A stretch of 24,992 nt of DNA from a virus (IMGVR_UViG_3300032312_001267:1-24992), one strand, 5' to 3'. Positions 9,577 to 18,449 are shown, counted from the first letter of the stretch. The notes: generated from the sequence alone by a model not told the origin. Program-made: numbers and translations.

Positions 9577-10252
9577 AATAACATCACCAGCAGGTAAGAT
9601 CTACATAGGACAGTCCTTAGACATTCATAAACGCTGGCAGCAGTACAAAAAGCCCTTTTTTCAAAAGCAATATAAGCTTTATTATTCAATACAGAAATAC
9701 GGTTATGAAAACCACATTTTTACAATTCTTGAAGAATGTGTAGAATCAGATTTAAACATACGAGAGAGATTTTGGCAAGATTTTTACAACGTAGTAGAAG
9801 ACGGCCTGAATTTAACACTAACGAACTCAGAAGAAAAGAAGAAGATTTTTTCCCAAGAGGTCAAAGACAAGATAAGTAAAGCCCAGAAAGGAAAAATCTT
9901 AACCTTAGAACATAGGCAAAAATTATCAGAGGCTAGAAAACAATTACCAGGTGAAATAAAAAAAGCAAACGGATATAAGAATAAAAACCGAAAAAGATCT
10001 GAGCAATTTAAAAACAACTTATCCGGTAAGAAAAGAGGGCAATTGAAATCTGAACAGACTAAGCAAAAGATGCGAAAACCGAAAAGCGAATTGCACAGAC
10101 TTAATATGAGTTTAGCTAATATAGGAAAGTCTAGTCCAACAAAAGGAATACCAGACGAAATAGTAACCTGTCCGCATTGTCAAAAATCAGGAGGAAACAG
10201 TGGTATGAAGAGGTGGCATTTTGATAAATGTAAAAAAAAGTTGCTTCTATAG
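9530..10252 (+). CDS. Free-standing GIY-YIG homing endonuclease with NUMOD3-like repeats and C-terminal Zn-finger-like motif
   Basis: GIYKITSPAGKIYIGQS..IHKRWQQY..LNIRERFW (GIY-YIG with conserved R and E); repeats EHRQKLSEARK, EQTKQKMRKPK, LHRLNMSLANIGK; CPHC..HFDKC. ATG at 9530 (track begins at TTG 9527). Confidence 0.9.
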   Translation: MRKQKTGITKTTGIYKITSPAGKIYIGQSLDIHKRWQQYKKPFFQKQYKLYYSIQKYGYENHIFTILEECVESDLNIRERFWQDFYNVVEDGLNLTLTNSEEKKKIFSQEVKDKISKAQKGKILTLEHRQKLSEARKQLPGEIKKANGYKNKNRKRSEQFKNNLSGKKRGQLKSEQTKQKMRKPKSELHRLNMSLANIGKSSPTKGIPDEIVTCPHCQKSGGNSGMKRWHFDKCKKKLLL

Positions 10253-10269
10253 ATTGTTATTCGTATATT
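10241..10269 (+). promoter_or_regulatory. Putative Bacteroidota-type promoter TTG-N20-TATATT
   Basis: AAGTTG (TTG 10241-10243) and TTCGTATATT (TATATT 10264-10269). Resembles the Bacteroidota -33 TTG / -7 TAnnTTTG consensus. Confidence 0.6.
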
Positions 10270-10294
10270 CAATATACAAATATAAAATAAAGTT

Positions 10295-10582
10295 ATGCAA
10301 GATTTAGAACAAGCAATGAGGCAAGAACTAGCCGTTGGTAGAGAATCAATGGAGCAAGAAGCAAAAACACCGGAAACAAAAGAATGGAGACCATCTAACC
10401 AAGAACTACTTCAGGAGTATGAACTTAGTATTAGATTCCTAAGTAGAGGATGTGTTGTAAGAGTAGGATGTAAAGAAATTGCCTTTGAAGATATTAACAA
10501 AGCAATGGCTGAAATTAATGAGTTTGTAACAGGTGATACCTGGGAAGTTCAAAAGAAGTGGCGCAAGTTGCTTAACATGTAA
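10295..10582 (+). CDS. Hypothetical protein
   Basis: 95-aa ORF with ATG, preceded by a promoter motif and AAGTT leader. Confidence 0.65.
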   Translation: MQDLEQAMRQELAVGRESMEQEAKTPETKEWRPSNQELLQEYELSIRFLSRGCVVRVGCKEIAFEDINKAMAEINEFVTGDTWEVQKKWRKLLNM

Positions 10583-10598
10583 AAAATAAAAACAATTT

Positions 10599-11453
10599 AT
10601 GGATATCAATTCAATTAGAGCAAAGCTGAATGCTTTGCAAACTCAGCAAAGCCGTCCTTCCGGAGAGGCACGTAAGAATGTCTTCTGGAAACCTGCCGTG
10701 GGCAAGCAAACAATTCGTATTGTACCTTCTGCGTACAATAAATCAAATCCTTTTTCGGAGCTGTATTTTCACTATGGCATCGATAAGAATCCAATCATCT
10801 CTCCAACTAACTGGGGTGAGAAAGATCCTATCGTTGAATTCGCCAAGCAGCTAAGAACTAGTAAAGACAAAGAGTCTTGGAGATTGGCACGTAAACTCGA
10901 TCCTAAAATGAGGGTATTTGTACCCGTTATCGTTAGAGGTGAAGAAGCTGAAGGTGTTAAACTTTGGGGCTTTGGTAAAGAAATCTACATGGAATTACTT
11001 TCTATGGTAGAAGATGAAGATATCGGAGACTACACCGACATCATTTCAGGTCGTGACTTGAACTTGACTACAGTAGGTGCTGATACTACAGGAACCGGTT
11101 TTAATAAAACTACCGTTCGTGCACGTACTAAAGAGTCTGCTTTGACTGACAATGATGCATTGTTACAAACTATCTTGAATGAACAGCCTGATCCTTTGAA
11201 AGTATTCTCAAGAATGTCTTTCGACGATATGAAATCTGTATTGCAGAAATGGTTGGCACCTGACGAAGAAGAAGGAGTAATCTCTTCTGAGCCTGCTACT
11301 AACTTTGACGATGCAAAACCTGCTGCTGAAGAACTTCCTTGGAAAAAGCCTGAGACTAAATTCTCTTTGGAGGCTCAAGGCAAGAAAGTAGAATCTAAAG
11401 CTGACAAGTTCGATTCTTTATTCAACGACGACGACAACGATTTACCTTTCTAA
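10599..11453 (+). CDS. Single-stranded DNA-binding protein (T4 gp32-like)
   Basis: FWKP..GKQTIRIVP..PF.ELYFHY..VKLWGFGKEIY..DYTDIISGRDL pattern; acidic tail ending DDDNDLPF; adjacent to the recombinase. Confidence 0.8.
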   Translation: MDINSIRAKLNALQTQQSRPSGEARKNVFWKPAVGKQTIRIVPSAYNKSNPFSELYFHYGIDKNPIISPTNWGEKDPIVEFAKQLRTSKDKESWRLARKLDPKMRVFVPVIVRGEEAEGVKLWGFGKEIYMELLSMVEDEDIGDYTDIISGRDLNLTTVGADTTGTGFNKTTVRARTKESALTDNDALLQTILNEQPDPLKVFSRMSFDDMKSVLQKWLAPDEEEGVISSEPATNFDDAKPAAEELPWKKPETKFSLEAQGKKVESKADKFDSLFNDDDNDLPF

Positions 11454-11459
11454 TAGACT

Positions 11460-12539
11460 ATGGCTAAGAAAGAAAAAGCTTCTTTAACAGAAGCCGTGTC
11501 TGCCGAGCTTAAGAAAGGATTCTCTCTAGATAAGTTCAAAGAGAAGAAGCTTCTTAAAAGCAACGTAAAGTTTAAGGAGCAGAAATGGATTCCTTTATCA
11601 CCAGCCTTCCAGGAAGTAACATCTATTCCAGGAATGCCAATGGGTCACATTGTAATGCTGAGAGGTCATTCTGATACAGGAAAGACTACAGCATTGCTTG
11701 AAGCTGCAGTATCAGCTCAAAAATCAGGAGTACTTCCGGTATTCATTATTACTGAGATGAAATGGAACTGGGAGCATGCTATCCAGATGGGTCTTCAAGT
11801 AGAACAAACTATTGATGAAACGACCGGGGAAGTTCTTGACTACGGTGGGTTCTTTATCTACGTCGATAGAGAAACTCTAAATACAATCGAGGATGTTGCC
11901 GGATTCATTTTAGACTTGATTGATGAGCAGAAGAAAGGAAGCTTACCTCACGATTTGTTATTCCTATGGGATTCAATCGGTTCAGTACCTTGTGACCTTT
12001 CAGTACGTTCTAACAAGAATAATAACGAATGGAATGCAGGTGCAATGTCAACTCAGTTCGGTAATGGAGTAAATCAACGGATTGTAATGTCAAGGAAAGA
12101 GTCTTCACCGTACACTAATACATTAGTAGTAGTAAACAAAGTATGGACTCAAAAGCCTGAATCACCAATGGGTCAACCCAAGCTTATGAACAAAGGAGGA
12201 TTTGCCATGTGGTATGATGCTACCTTTGTAGTAACGTTTGGTAACATTATGAATGCAGGTACCTCTAAGATCAAAGCAATTAAGAACGGTAAGCAGGTAG
12301 AATTTGCCAAGAGAACTAATCTCCAGATTGATAAGAATCATATCAACGGAATTACAACTCGAGGTAAAATCATTATGACACCTCACGGATTCTTAAACGA
12401 TGATGAAAAACAGCTTAAGAACTACAAAGATGCTCACTCTAAAGAATGGTCAGCCATTCTAGGAGGAGGAGACTTCACAGTAGTAGAAGAAGCTTATGAG
12501 GATGTAACACCTAATTACTTCCAGGAAGAACCGGAATAG
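11460..12539 (+). CDS. recA: RecA/UvsX-like recombinase
   Basis: Walker A GHSDTGKTT, Walker B-like LFLWDSIGS, and KGGFAMWYDA segment typical of RecA-family proteins. Confidence 0.85.
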   Translation: MAKKEKASLTEAVSAELKKGFSLDKFKEKKLLKSNVKFKEQKWIPLSPAFQEVTSIPGMPMGHIVMLRGHSDTGKTTALLEAAVSAQKSGVLPVFIITEMKWNWEHAIQMGLQVEQTIDETTGEVLDYGGFFIYVDRETLNTIEDVAGFILDLIDEQKKGSLPHDLLFLWDSIGSVPCDLSVRSNKNNNEWNAGAMSTQFGNGVNQRIVMSRKESSPYTNTLVVVNKVWTQKPESPMGQPKLMNKGGFAMWYDATFVVTFGNIMNAGTSKIKAIKNGKQVEFAKRTNLQIDKNHINGITTRGKIIMTPHGFLNDDEKQLKNYKDAHSKEWSAILGGGDFTVVEEAYEDVTPNYFQEEPE

Positions 12540-12561
12540 GATTCCAAAAACTTTTAGAAAG

Positions 12562-12587
12562 AGCCCTTGCAAGTCAAGGGCTTTTTT
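12562..12587 (+). terminator. Rho-independent terminator after the recombinase
   Basis: Stem AGCCCTTG (12562-12569), loop CAAGT, CAAGGGCT (12575-12582), then a T-run. Confidence 0.8.
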
Positions 12588-12595
12588 ATTATATT
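12567..12595 (+). promoter_or_regulatory. Putative promoter TTG-N20-TATATT overlapping the terminator
   Basis: TTG 12567-12569, TATATT 12590-12595, then AAGTTATG at the 12606 start. Confidence 0.5.
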
Positions 12596-12605
12596 AATAT
12601 AAGTT

Positions 12606-13646
12606 ATGAGAGCAGCATATAAAACCTTACTTGATAATATCAAGGAGGTAGACGAGGTAATACCCACAGAAGAAAATTTTCACTCCCGCGTATTAGTTAT
12701 TGATGCATTGAATCTATTCTTTAGAAACTTTGCAACTATCAATATGACTAACAACGACGGAGCCCACATTGGAGGTCTAGCCGGATTCATTAGATCATTA
12801 GGTTCATTAATTCAGATGGTGAATCCAACAGGCGTTTACGTAATCTTTGACGGAGTAGGATCTTCTACCAACAGAAAGAATTTGCTACCTGAATACAAAT
12901 CAAACAGAGGCATTAACCGAATTACAAACTGGGATGCTTTTGAATCATTGGATGATGAGAATGATGCAAAGGTTGGTCAAATAACCAGGATCATTCACTA
13001 CCTTCAGTGTCTACCGGTCAAAGTTGGAATGATTGATAAGGCAGAGGCAGATGATATGATTGCTTATATGTCTAGAGAACTTCCAAGAAGGTTTAATTCA
13101 CAGATGATTATTGTTTCATCTGATAAGGATTACCTTCAGCTGGTTAACGATCACGTAACTCTCTATAGACCAATCACAAAAGTATTCTACGGACCACAAG
13201 ACGTTAAGAGAGAATTTATGGTTCATCCGGATAATTTTATTATCTACAAAACAATGCTTGGAGACCAATCAGATAAGATTGAAGGCATTAAAGGATTAGG
13301 ACCAAAGACGCTTTTAAAATTATTCCCAGAAATTCTAGATGTTCCGATGTCAATGCAGGATATCTTCGATTACGCTGAAGATCATTTAACTGAACATCAG
13401 ATTTATGCCCGGGTATTATTTGCAAGGCAGAGCCTACTTAACCATTATAAGTTAATGGATCTTAAGAATCCTATTTTGGATGACAGGCAGATTGATTATA
13501 TCAACGGACTTATCAAAGAAGAGAATAACGAGTTCCACAAGAAGCATTTCATTGAACTTTATGAGATGGACGGCCTGGCACATTTTATTAAGAATGTTGA
13601 CTACTGGGCAACAGACACATTCTTTAAGTTGTCTAAGTTCAAATAA
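12606..13646 (+). CDS. 5'-3' exonuclease / flap endonuclease (PolI 5' domain, T4 RNase H-like)
   Basis: LVIDALN, IFDG, YKSNR, EADD, SSDKD and helix-hairpin GDQSDKIEGIKGLGPKT motifs. Confidence 0.92.
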   Translation: MRAAYKTLLDNIKEVDEVIPTEENFHSRVLVIDALNLFFRNFATINMTNNDGAHIGGLAGFIRSLGSLIQMVNPTGVYVIFDGVGSSTNRKNLLPEYKSNRGINRITNWDAFESLDDENDAKVGQITRIIHYLQCLPVKVGMIDKAEADDMIAYMSRELPRRFNSQMIIVSSDKDYLQLVNDHVTLYRPITKVFYGPQDVKREFMVHPDNFIIYKTMLGDQSDKIEGIKGLGPKTLLKLFPEILDVPMSMQDIFDYAEDHLTEHQIYARVLFARQSLLNHYKLMDLKNPILDDRQIDYINGLIKEENNEFHKKHFIELYEMDGLAHFIKNVDYWATDTFFKLSKFK

Positions 13647-13657
13647 GTTCGTATATT
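13629..13657 (+). promoter_or_regulatory. Putative promoter TTG-N20-TATATT for the helicase
   Basis: AAGTTG (TTG 13629-13631) and TTCGTATATT (TATATT 13652-13657); same flanks as the site at 10241. Confidence 0.6.
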
Positions 13658-13666
13658 AATTAAAAT

Positions 13667-13691
13667 AAGTTATAAAAAGAAGTTATAAAAA
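13667..13691. repeat. Direct repeat AAGTTATAAAAA x2 in the helicase leader
   Basis: Copies at 13667-13678 and 13680-13691, immediately before ATG 13692. Confidence 0.65.
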
Positions 13692-15062
13692 ATGGCATCA
13701 CTAAAAGTATTAACCGATTACGGCCCAGCGTTCCAAGTCAAGACTATCGGAGCATTATTAACCAGAAAAGAATTCGTTCAGAATATCTACGATATTTTAT
13801 CCGATGAGCACTTTCCAAACCCTGCTCATAAATGGATCATCAATGAAATTTTACAATATTGGAATAAGTACCATACAGTTATCTCTATGGATACTTTGAA
13901 AATACAAGTTAAAAAAATTGATAACGATGTACTTAAGACTTCGATTGTTGAGCAGATCAAAGAAGCTTACCGACATTCAGATGATGAACTTCAGTATGTA
14001 GAGGAAGAATTTACTGCCTTCTGTAAGAACCAACAATTAAAAACAGCTCTATTAAATTCAGTTGACCTTCTAAACTCAGGTGACTACGATAACATTCGTC
14101 ACTTGATTGATAACGCGTTAAAAGCCGGACAGGATAGGAATATTGGACACGAATATAATAAGGATATTGAGACCCGTTACCGGGAGGATTATCGCCCCAC
14201 TATTCCTACTCCCTGGCCTATGTTAAACCAATTAACCCAAGGAGGTTTTGGAGCCGGTGATTTAGGTATTGTATTTGGTAATCCAGGTGGAGGTAAGTCT
14301 TGGATGATGGTTGCAATGGCAGCTCACGCAGTTAAAATGGGTTATAATGTTATTTACTATACTCTAGAATTAGGGCAGGACTACGTTGGTAAGCGATTTG
14401 ACTGTTACTTTACCGGGCATTCAATCGAAGAAGTACAGCACCACAGACCAGAGGTTGAGAGCATAGTTGAAGGTCTGGCCGGTAAGCTAGTAGTAAAAGA
14501 GTATCCGCCTAAAGCAGCCTCTGTGTCAACCTTGAAAGCCCACCTTCAAAAGTGCATTGATGCAGACATTAAGCCTGATATGGTAGTAATTGACTACATC
14601 GATTATCTCCGACCACCTTCCAAGAAGTTTACTGAAAGGAAAGATGAGATTGATGATATGTACGTTGCATGTAAAGGAATGGCTAAGGAATTCAAAGTAG
14701 TTGTTCTTTCTCCTTCTCAGGTTAACCGAATGGGTGCAAAAGACGATATTATCGAAGGAGATAAAGCAGCAGGTTCATACGATAAGATCATGGTTGCCGA
14801 CTTCTGTTTATCATTATCTAGAAAGAAAGAAGATAAGGTTCACGGAACAGGTCGAGTACACGTTATGAAGAATCGTTACGGAATGGACGGTATGACCTTC
14901 GGAGCAAAGATCGATACTAATAACGGTCACATCGAATTGACCGAAGACTTACCGACCTACGAAGATACCACTTCTAACACAACCTCTACATTCTCACAAG
15001 TAGACAGCTTCGATAAACGAGAGTTAGCTAAAAAATTCATGCAACTTTCATCTTTTTCTTAA
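13692..15062 (+). CDS. dnaB: Replicative DnaB-like (SF4) DNA helicase
   Basis: Walker A GNPGGGKS, YYTLEL, Walker B VVIDYIDYL, SQVNR, and KNRYG arginine-finger motif. Confidence 0.92.
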   Translation: MASLKVLTDYGPAFQVKTIGALLTRKEFVQNIYDILSDEHFPNPAHKWIINEILQYWNKYHTVISMDTLKIQVKKIDNDVLKTSIVEQIKEAYRHSDDELQYVEEEFTAFCKNQQLKTALLNSVDLLNSGDYDNIRHLIDNALKAGQDRNIGHEYNKDIETRYREDYRPTIPTPWPMLNQLTQGGFGAGDLGIVFGNPGGGKSWMMVAMAAHAVKMGYNVIYYTLELGQDYVGKRFDCYFTGHSIEEVQHHRPEVESIVEGLAGKLVVKEYPPKAASVSTLKAHLQKCIDADIKPDMVVIDYIDYLRPPSKKFTERKDEIDDMYVACKGMAKEFKVVVLSPSQVNRMGAKDDIIEGDKAAGSYDKIMVADFCLSLSRKKEDKVHGTGRVHVMKNRYGMDGMTFGAKIDTNNGHIELTEDLPTYEDTTSNTTSTFSQVDSFDKRELAKKFMQLSSFS

Positions 15063-15122
15063 AAAAACAAGGAATTTTTAACAAAAACTGGATACTTATC
15101 AAATACAATATAAATTACGAGA

Positions 15123-16985
15123 ATGGATATTAGTCAAAAAATACTTTCGGACGTTACTGTCTTTATGAAGTATGCGAAGTACAGACCGGAGTTGAACCGA
15201 AGAGAAACATGGCAAGAGTTAGTTTCAAGAAACAAAGAAATGCATCAAAAGAAATACCCTCAACTTGCTGAGGAGATTGAAGCAGCTTACAAATATGTTT
15301 ATGATAAGAAGATTTTACCTTCAATGCGTTCTATGCAATTTGCCGGACGTCCTATTGAGGTGAATCCTGCCCGTATCTACAACTGTGCCTTCTTACCAAT
15401 CGATGATTGGAGAGCATTTGGCGAAGTAATGTTCTTACTTTTGGGTGGAACAGGAGTAGGTTATTCAGTTCAGTACGAGCATATTGAAAAGCTACCCGAA
15501 ATTAAGAAGCCTAACCCTAACAGGATCAAAAGATTCTTAGTTGGTGATTCAATCGAAGGATGGGCCGATGCAGTTAAGGTCCTAGTTAAGTCTTACTTCA
15601 GAGGAACTTCAACAATCCACTTTGATTTTTCTGATATCAGACCTAAAGGTGCAAGGTTGGTGACTGCCGGCGGTAAAGCACCCGGACCAGCTCCTTTAAG
15701 AGAGTGTCTTACTAAGCTACAAGGTATACTCGAGTCAAAAGAGAATGGTCAACGTTTAAGTACAATCGAAGTTCATGATATGGTTTGTCATATTGCCGAT
15801 GCAGTATTGGCAGGCGGTATTAGAAGAGCAGCTTTGATCTCTTTGTTCTCTGCTGAAGACGATGAAATGATTGCTTGTAAATCAGGTGCTTGGTGGGAAT
15901 TGAATCCTCAGCGTGGAAGAGCTAATAACTCAGCAGTTCTTTTGAGAGCAACAACTGAGAAAGAACAGTTCTTGGATATCTGGAAGAGAATTGAGAATTC
16001 AGGAGCAGGTGAACCAGGAATCTACTTTACTAATAACTTAGAGTGGGGAACTAACCCATGCTGTGAGATTGCTTTACGTCCTTTCCAATTCTGTAACTTA
16101 TGTGAAGTAAACGTTTCTGATATTGAGTCTCAAGAAGATTTTAACAACAGAGTTAAGGCAGCCGCTTTAGTAGGAACTTTGCAGGCAGGTTATTCTGACT
16201 TCCACTACTTGAGAGAAGTTTGGAAACGCACTACAGAGAAAGAAGCTTTGATCGGAGTATCAATGACCGGTATCGGATCAGGTGCTGTATTGAACTTTGA
16301 TATGGCAGAAGCTGCTGAGATTGTAAAAGAAGAGAATGAAAGGGTTGCTGGTATTCTAGGCATTAATAGTGCTGCTAGATGTACTACAGTTAAGCCTGCA
16401 GGTACAACCTCTCTAACACTTGGTACTTCTAGTGGAATTCATGCATGGCATAACGACTACTACTTAAGAAGAGTGCGTGTAGGTAAGAACGAAGCAATCT
16501 ACACTTACCTAAGCATCTACCATCCAGAATTGCTAGAAGACGATCAATTCCGTCCTCACGATACTGCAATCATTACAGTACCTCAAAAAGCACCCGAAGG
16601 AGCTATTCTAAGAACAGAATCACCTTTTGATCTTTTAGAGAGAGTGAAGAGAGTAACTAAGGAGTGGATTAAGCCTGGTCACCGCAAAGGAAACAACACT
16701 CACAACGTTTCAGCTACAATCTCAGTTAAAAACGATGAATGGGATACAGTTGGAGAATGGCTTTGGGAGAATAGAAAGTTTTATAATGGACTTTCAGTAT
16801 TACCATTTGACGGACATACTTACGTTCAAGCTCCTTTTACCGATTGTTCCAAGGAAGAGTATGAAGCATTAATGCAAACACTGAAGGAAATAGATCTAAG
16901 TAAAGTAGTTGAAATGGAGGATATGACAGATCTAGCAGGAGAAGCTGCCTGTGCCGGCGGAGCCTGTACGGTTACAACTTTGTAA
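15123..16985 (+). CDS. nrdJ: Class II (adenosylcobalamin-dependent) ribonucleotide reductase, monomeric RTPR type
   Basis: KYA..RRETW, LPSMR, YNCAF, GGIRRAALI, TNPCCEI, FCNLCEV, VKPAGTTS and C-terminal redox pair CAGGAC. No small-subunit gene adjacent. Confidence 0.92.
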   Translation: MDISQKILSDVTVFMKYAKYRPELNRRETWQELVSRNKEMHQKKYPQLAEEIEAAYKYVYDKKILPSMRSMQFAGRPIEVNPARIYNCAFLPIDDWRAFGEVMFLLLGGTGVGYSVQYEHIEKLPEIKKPNPNRIKRFLVGDSIEGWADAVKVLVKSYFRGTSTIHFDFSDIRPKGARLVTAGGKAPGPAPLRECLTKLQGILESKENGQRLSTIEVHDMVCHIADAVLAGGIRRAALISLFSAEDDEMIACKSGAWWELNPQRGRANNSAVLLRATTEKEQFLDIWKRIENSGAGEPGIYFTNNLEWGTNPCCEIALRPFQFCNLCEVNVSDIESQEDFNNRVKAAALVGTLQAGYSDFHYLREVWKRTTEKEALIGVSMTGIGSGAVLNFDMAEAAEIVKEENERVAGILGINSAARCTTVKPAGTTSLTLGTSSGIHAWHNDYYLRRVRVGKNEAIYTYLSIYHPELLEDDQFRPHDTAIITVPQKAPEGAILRTESPFDLLERVKRVTKEWIKPGHRKGNNTHNVSATISVKNDEWDTVGEWLWENRKFYNGLSVLPFDGHTYVQAPFTDCSKEEYEALMQTLKEIDLSKVVEMEDMTDLAGEAACAGGACTVTTL

Positions 16986-17013
16986 AATAATCTTAATACT
17001 ACCTTAATATGAG

Positions 17014-17038
17014 AGCCTGGGTTTTTACCCGGGCTTTT
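17014..17038 (+). terminator. Rho-independent terminator after nrdJ
   Basis: Stem AGCCTGGGT (17014-17022), loop TTTT, ACCCGGGCT (17027-17035) with one G-U pair, followed by TTTGTATCTTT. Confidence 0.75.
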
Positions 17039-17053
17039 GTATCTTTATAATAG

Positions 17054-17740
17054 ATGAAAACATTAGTTATATCCGATGTACATATCGGGTCAAAAGGTTG
17101 TAAAACAGAAAAGGTTTTAGATTTGCTTAGAGATGAATCCTACGAAAGGTATATTCTAGTAGGAGATATCATCGACGGATGGTTATTTAAGAAGTATAAA
17201 AAGTTCTCTTATGATCACACCAAGGTTATTCGCCGGCTTTTAAAACTTTCTAAAGACAGAGAAATAATCTGGATAGCCGGCAATCACGATGAGTTCTTAA
17301 GAAAGTATCTTCCTCTTGAATTAGGGAATATAAAAGTAGTTGATGAATGGGTTGAGTATGGAACTTGGTTTTGTCACGGAGATAAATTTGACGGAATAGT
17401 TCAGTTGAAATGGTTAGGTATGCTAGGTTCAATCGGATACGATTTAGCTATCAGTTTAGATATGTTACTAAAAAAATTAGGATTAAAAAGAAGTGTTTCT
17501 AAGTTTTTAAAGAATAATGTTAAGGCTGCTGTTTCGTTTATGGTTGATTTTGAGAATGAAATGGTCAGGCAGGCTAAAAAAAGAAACTGCGATACAGTTG
17601 TTTGCGGTCACATTCACACCCCGGCAGATAAGATCATTAACGGAGTTAGGTACTTAAATACAGGAGACTGGGTTGTGAACTGCTCATATATTACTTACTA
17701 TTCACAGTACGGTTCATTCAAATTATGCACAGATTATTAA
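17054..17740 (+). CDS. Calcineurin-like metallophosphoesterase, UDP-2,3-diacylglucosamine diphosphatase (LpxH/YbbF)-like
   Basis: SDVHIG, VGDIIDGW, GNHD, HGDKFD, CGHIH and YLNTGDWV motifs. Confidence 0.85.
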   Translation: MKTLVISDVHIGSKGCKTEKVLDLLRDESYERYILVGDIIDGWLFKKYKKFSYDHTKVIRRLLKLSKDREIIWIAGNHDEFLRKYLPLELGNIKVVDEWVEYGTWFCHGDKFDGIVQLKWLGMLGSIGYDLAISLDMLLKKLGLKRSVSKFLKNNVKAAVSFMVDFENEMVRQAKKRNCDTVVCGHIHTPADKIINGVRYLNTGDWVVNCSYITYYSQYGSFKLCTDY

Positions 17741-18432
17741 CAATAGTAATTCCCTGTAAGAACGAAGAGCGGTACATCAAGCACTTACTTTTTGCATTAA
17801 AAGAACAGGAAATAGGAAAAACTCAAATTTATTTAGCTGATGCTAAATCTACCGACAGTACTCGGATGTTAGCCGAAACTTATGCATTTGAGTTAGGACT
17901 AAACTTAAAAATCATCCGAGGAGGACTTCCAGCCGAAGGAAGAAACAGAGGAGCTAAATTAGCAAAAACTCCCTATATCTTATTCTTAGACGCCGATGTT
18001 ACTTTTACCCATCCCCAGGCAATTGAGGAAGCTCTTGATAATATACATGATAGAGCAGTCGACATGGTGGCTACTACTCCGTATTATAAAGGTGAATTTG
18101 ATATTAGAGCTTGGTTACTATTTCGGATAAACAGAGTTGCAGCCTGGGTGTTAGCAAAAACACATCCTTTTGCAATTGGTGGATTCACTTTAGTTAGAAG
18201 AGATCTATTCAATACTTTAGGAGGATACGACGAAAAAGCAACGCAGGCAGAAGATTGGCTATTAAGTAGACAGATACTCCCTTCCCGATTTAAACTGATC
18301 CCAGATCTAATGACTCAGGATAACAGAAGGTTTAAAAAATTTGGGTATTTTAAGATGGTAAAGCTACTTTATAACAACTGGATAAACAGAAATAATTTAG
18401 AATACTTTTATAAAGATCAGAAGTATTTCTAG
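17725..18432 (+). CDS. Glycosyltransferase family 2
   Basis: TIVIPCKNEE, DAKSTDST, GRNRGA, LFLDAD, GGYDE..AEDW motifs; overlaps the upstream gene by 16 nt. Confidence 0.92.
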   Translation: MHRLLTIVIPCKNEERYIKHLLFALKEQEIGKTQIYLADAKSTDSTRMLAETYAFELGLNLKIIRGGLPAEGRNRGAKLAKTPYILFLDADVTFTHPQAIEEALDNIHDRAVDMVATTPYYKGEFDIRAWLLFRINRVAAWVLAKTHPFAIGGFTLVRRDLFNTLGGYDEKATQAEDWLLSRQILPSRFKLIPDLMTQDNRRFKKFGYFKMVKLLYNNWINRNNLEYFYKDQKYF

Positions 18433-18433
18433 C

Positions 18434-18441
18434 TATTTATA
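18434..18441 (+). promoter_or_regulatory. Putative late-promoter motif TATTTATA heading the exported-protein operon
   Basis: CTATTTATAA in the 17-nt gap, 8 nt before ATG 18450. Confidence 0.5.
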
Positions 18442-18449
18442 ACCGAATC

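Noticed and set aside
9382-10294. Group I intron around the GIY-YIG gene
   Set aside because: Flanking genes are complete and unrelated to each other, and the spacers are too short and AT-rich to hold an intron core.
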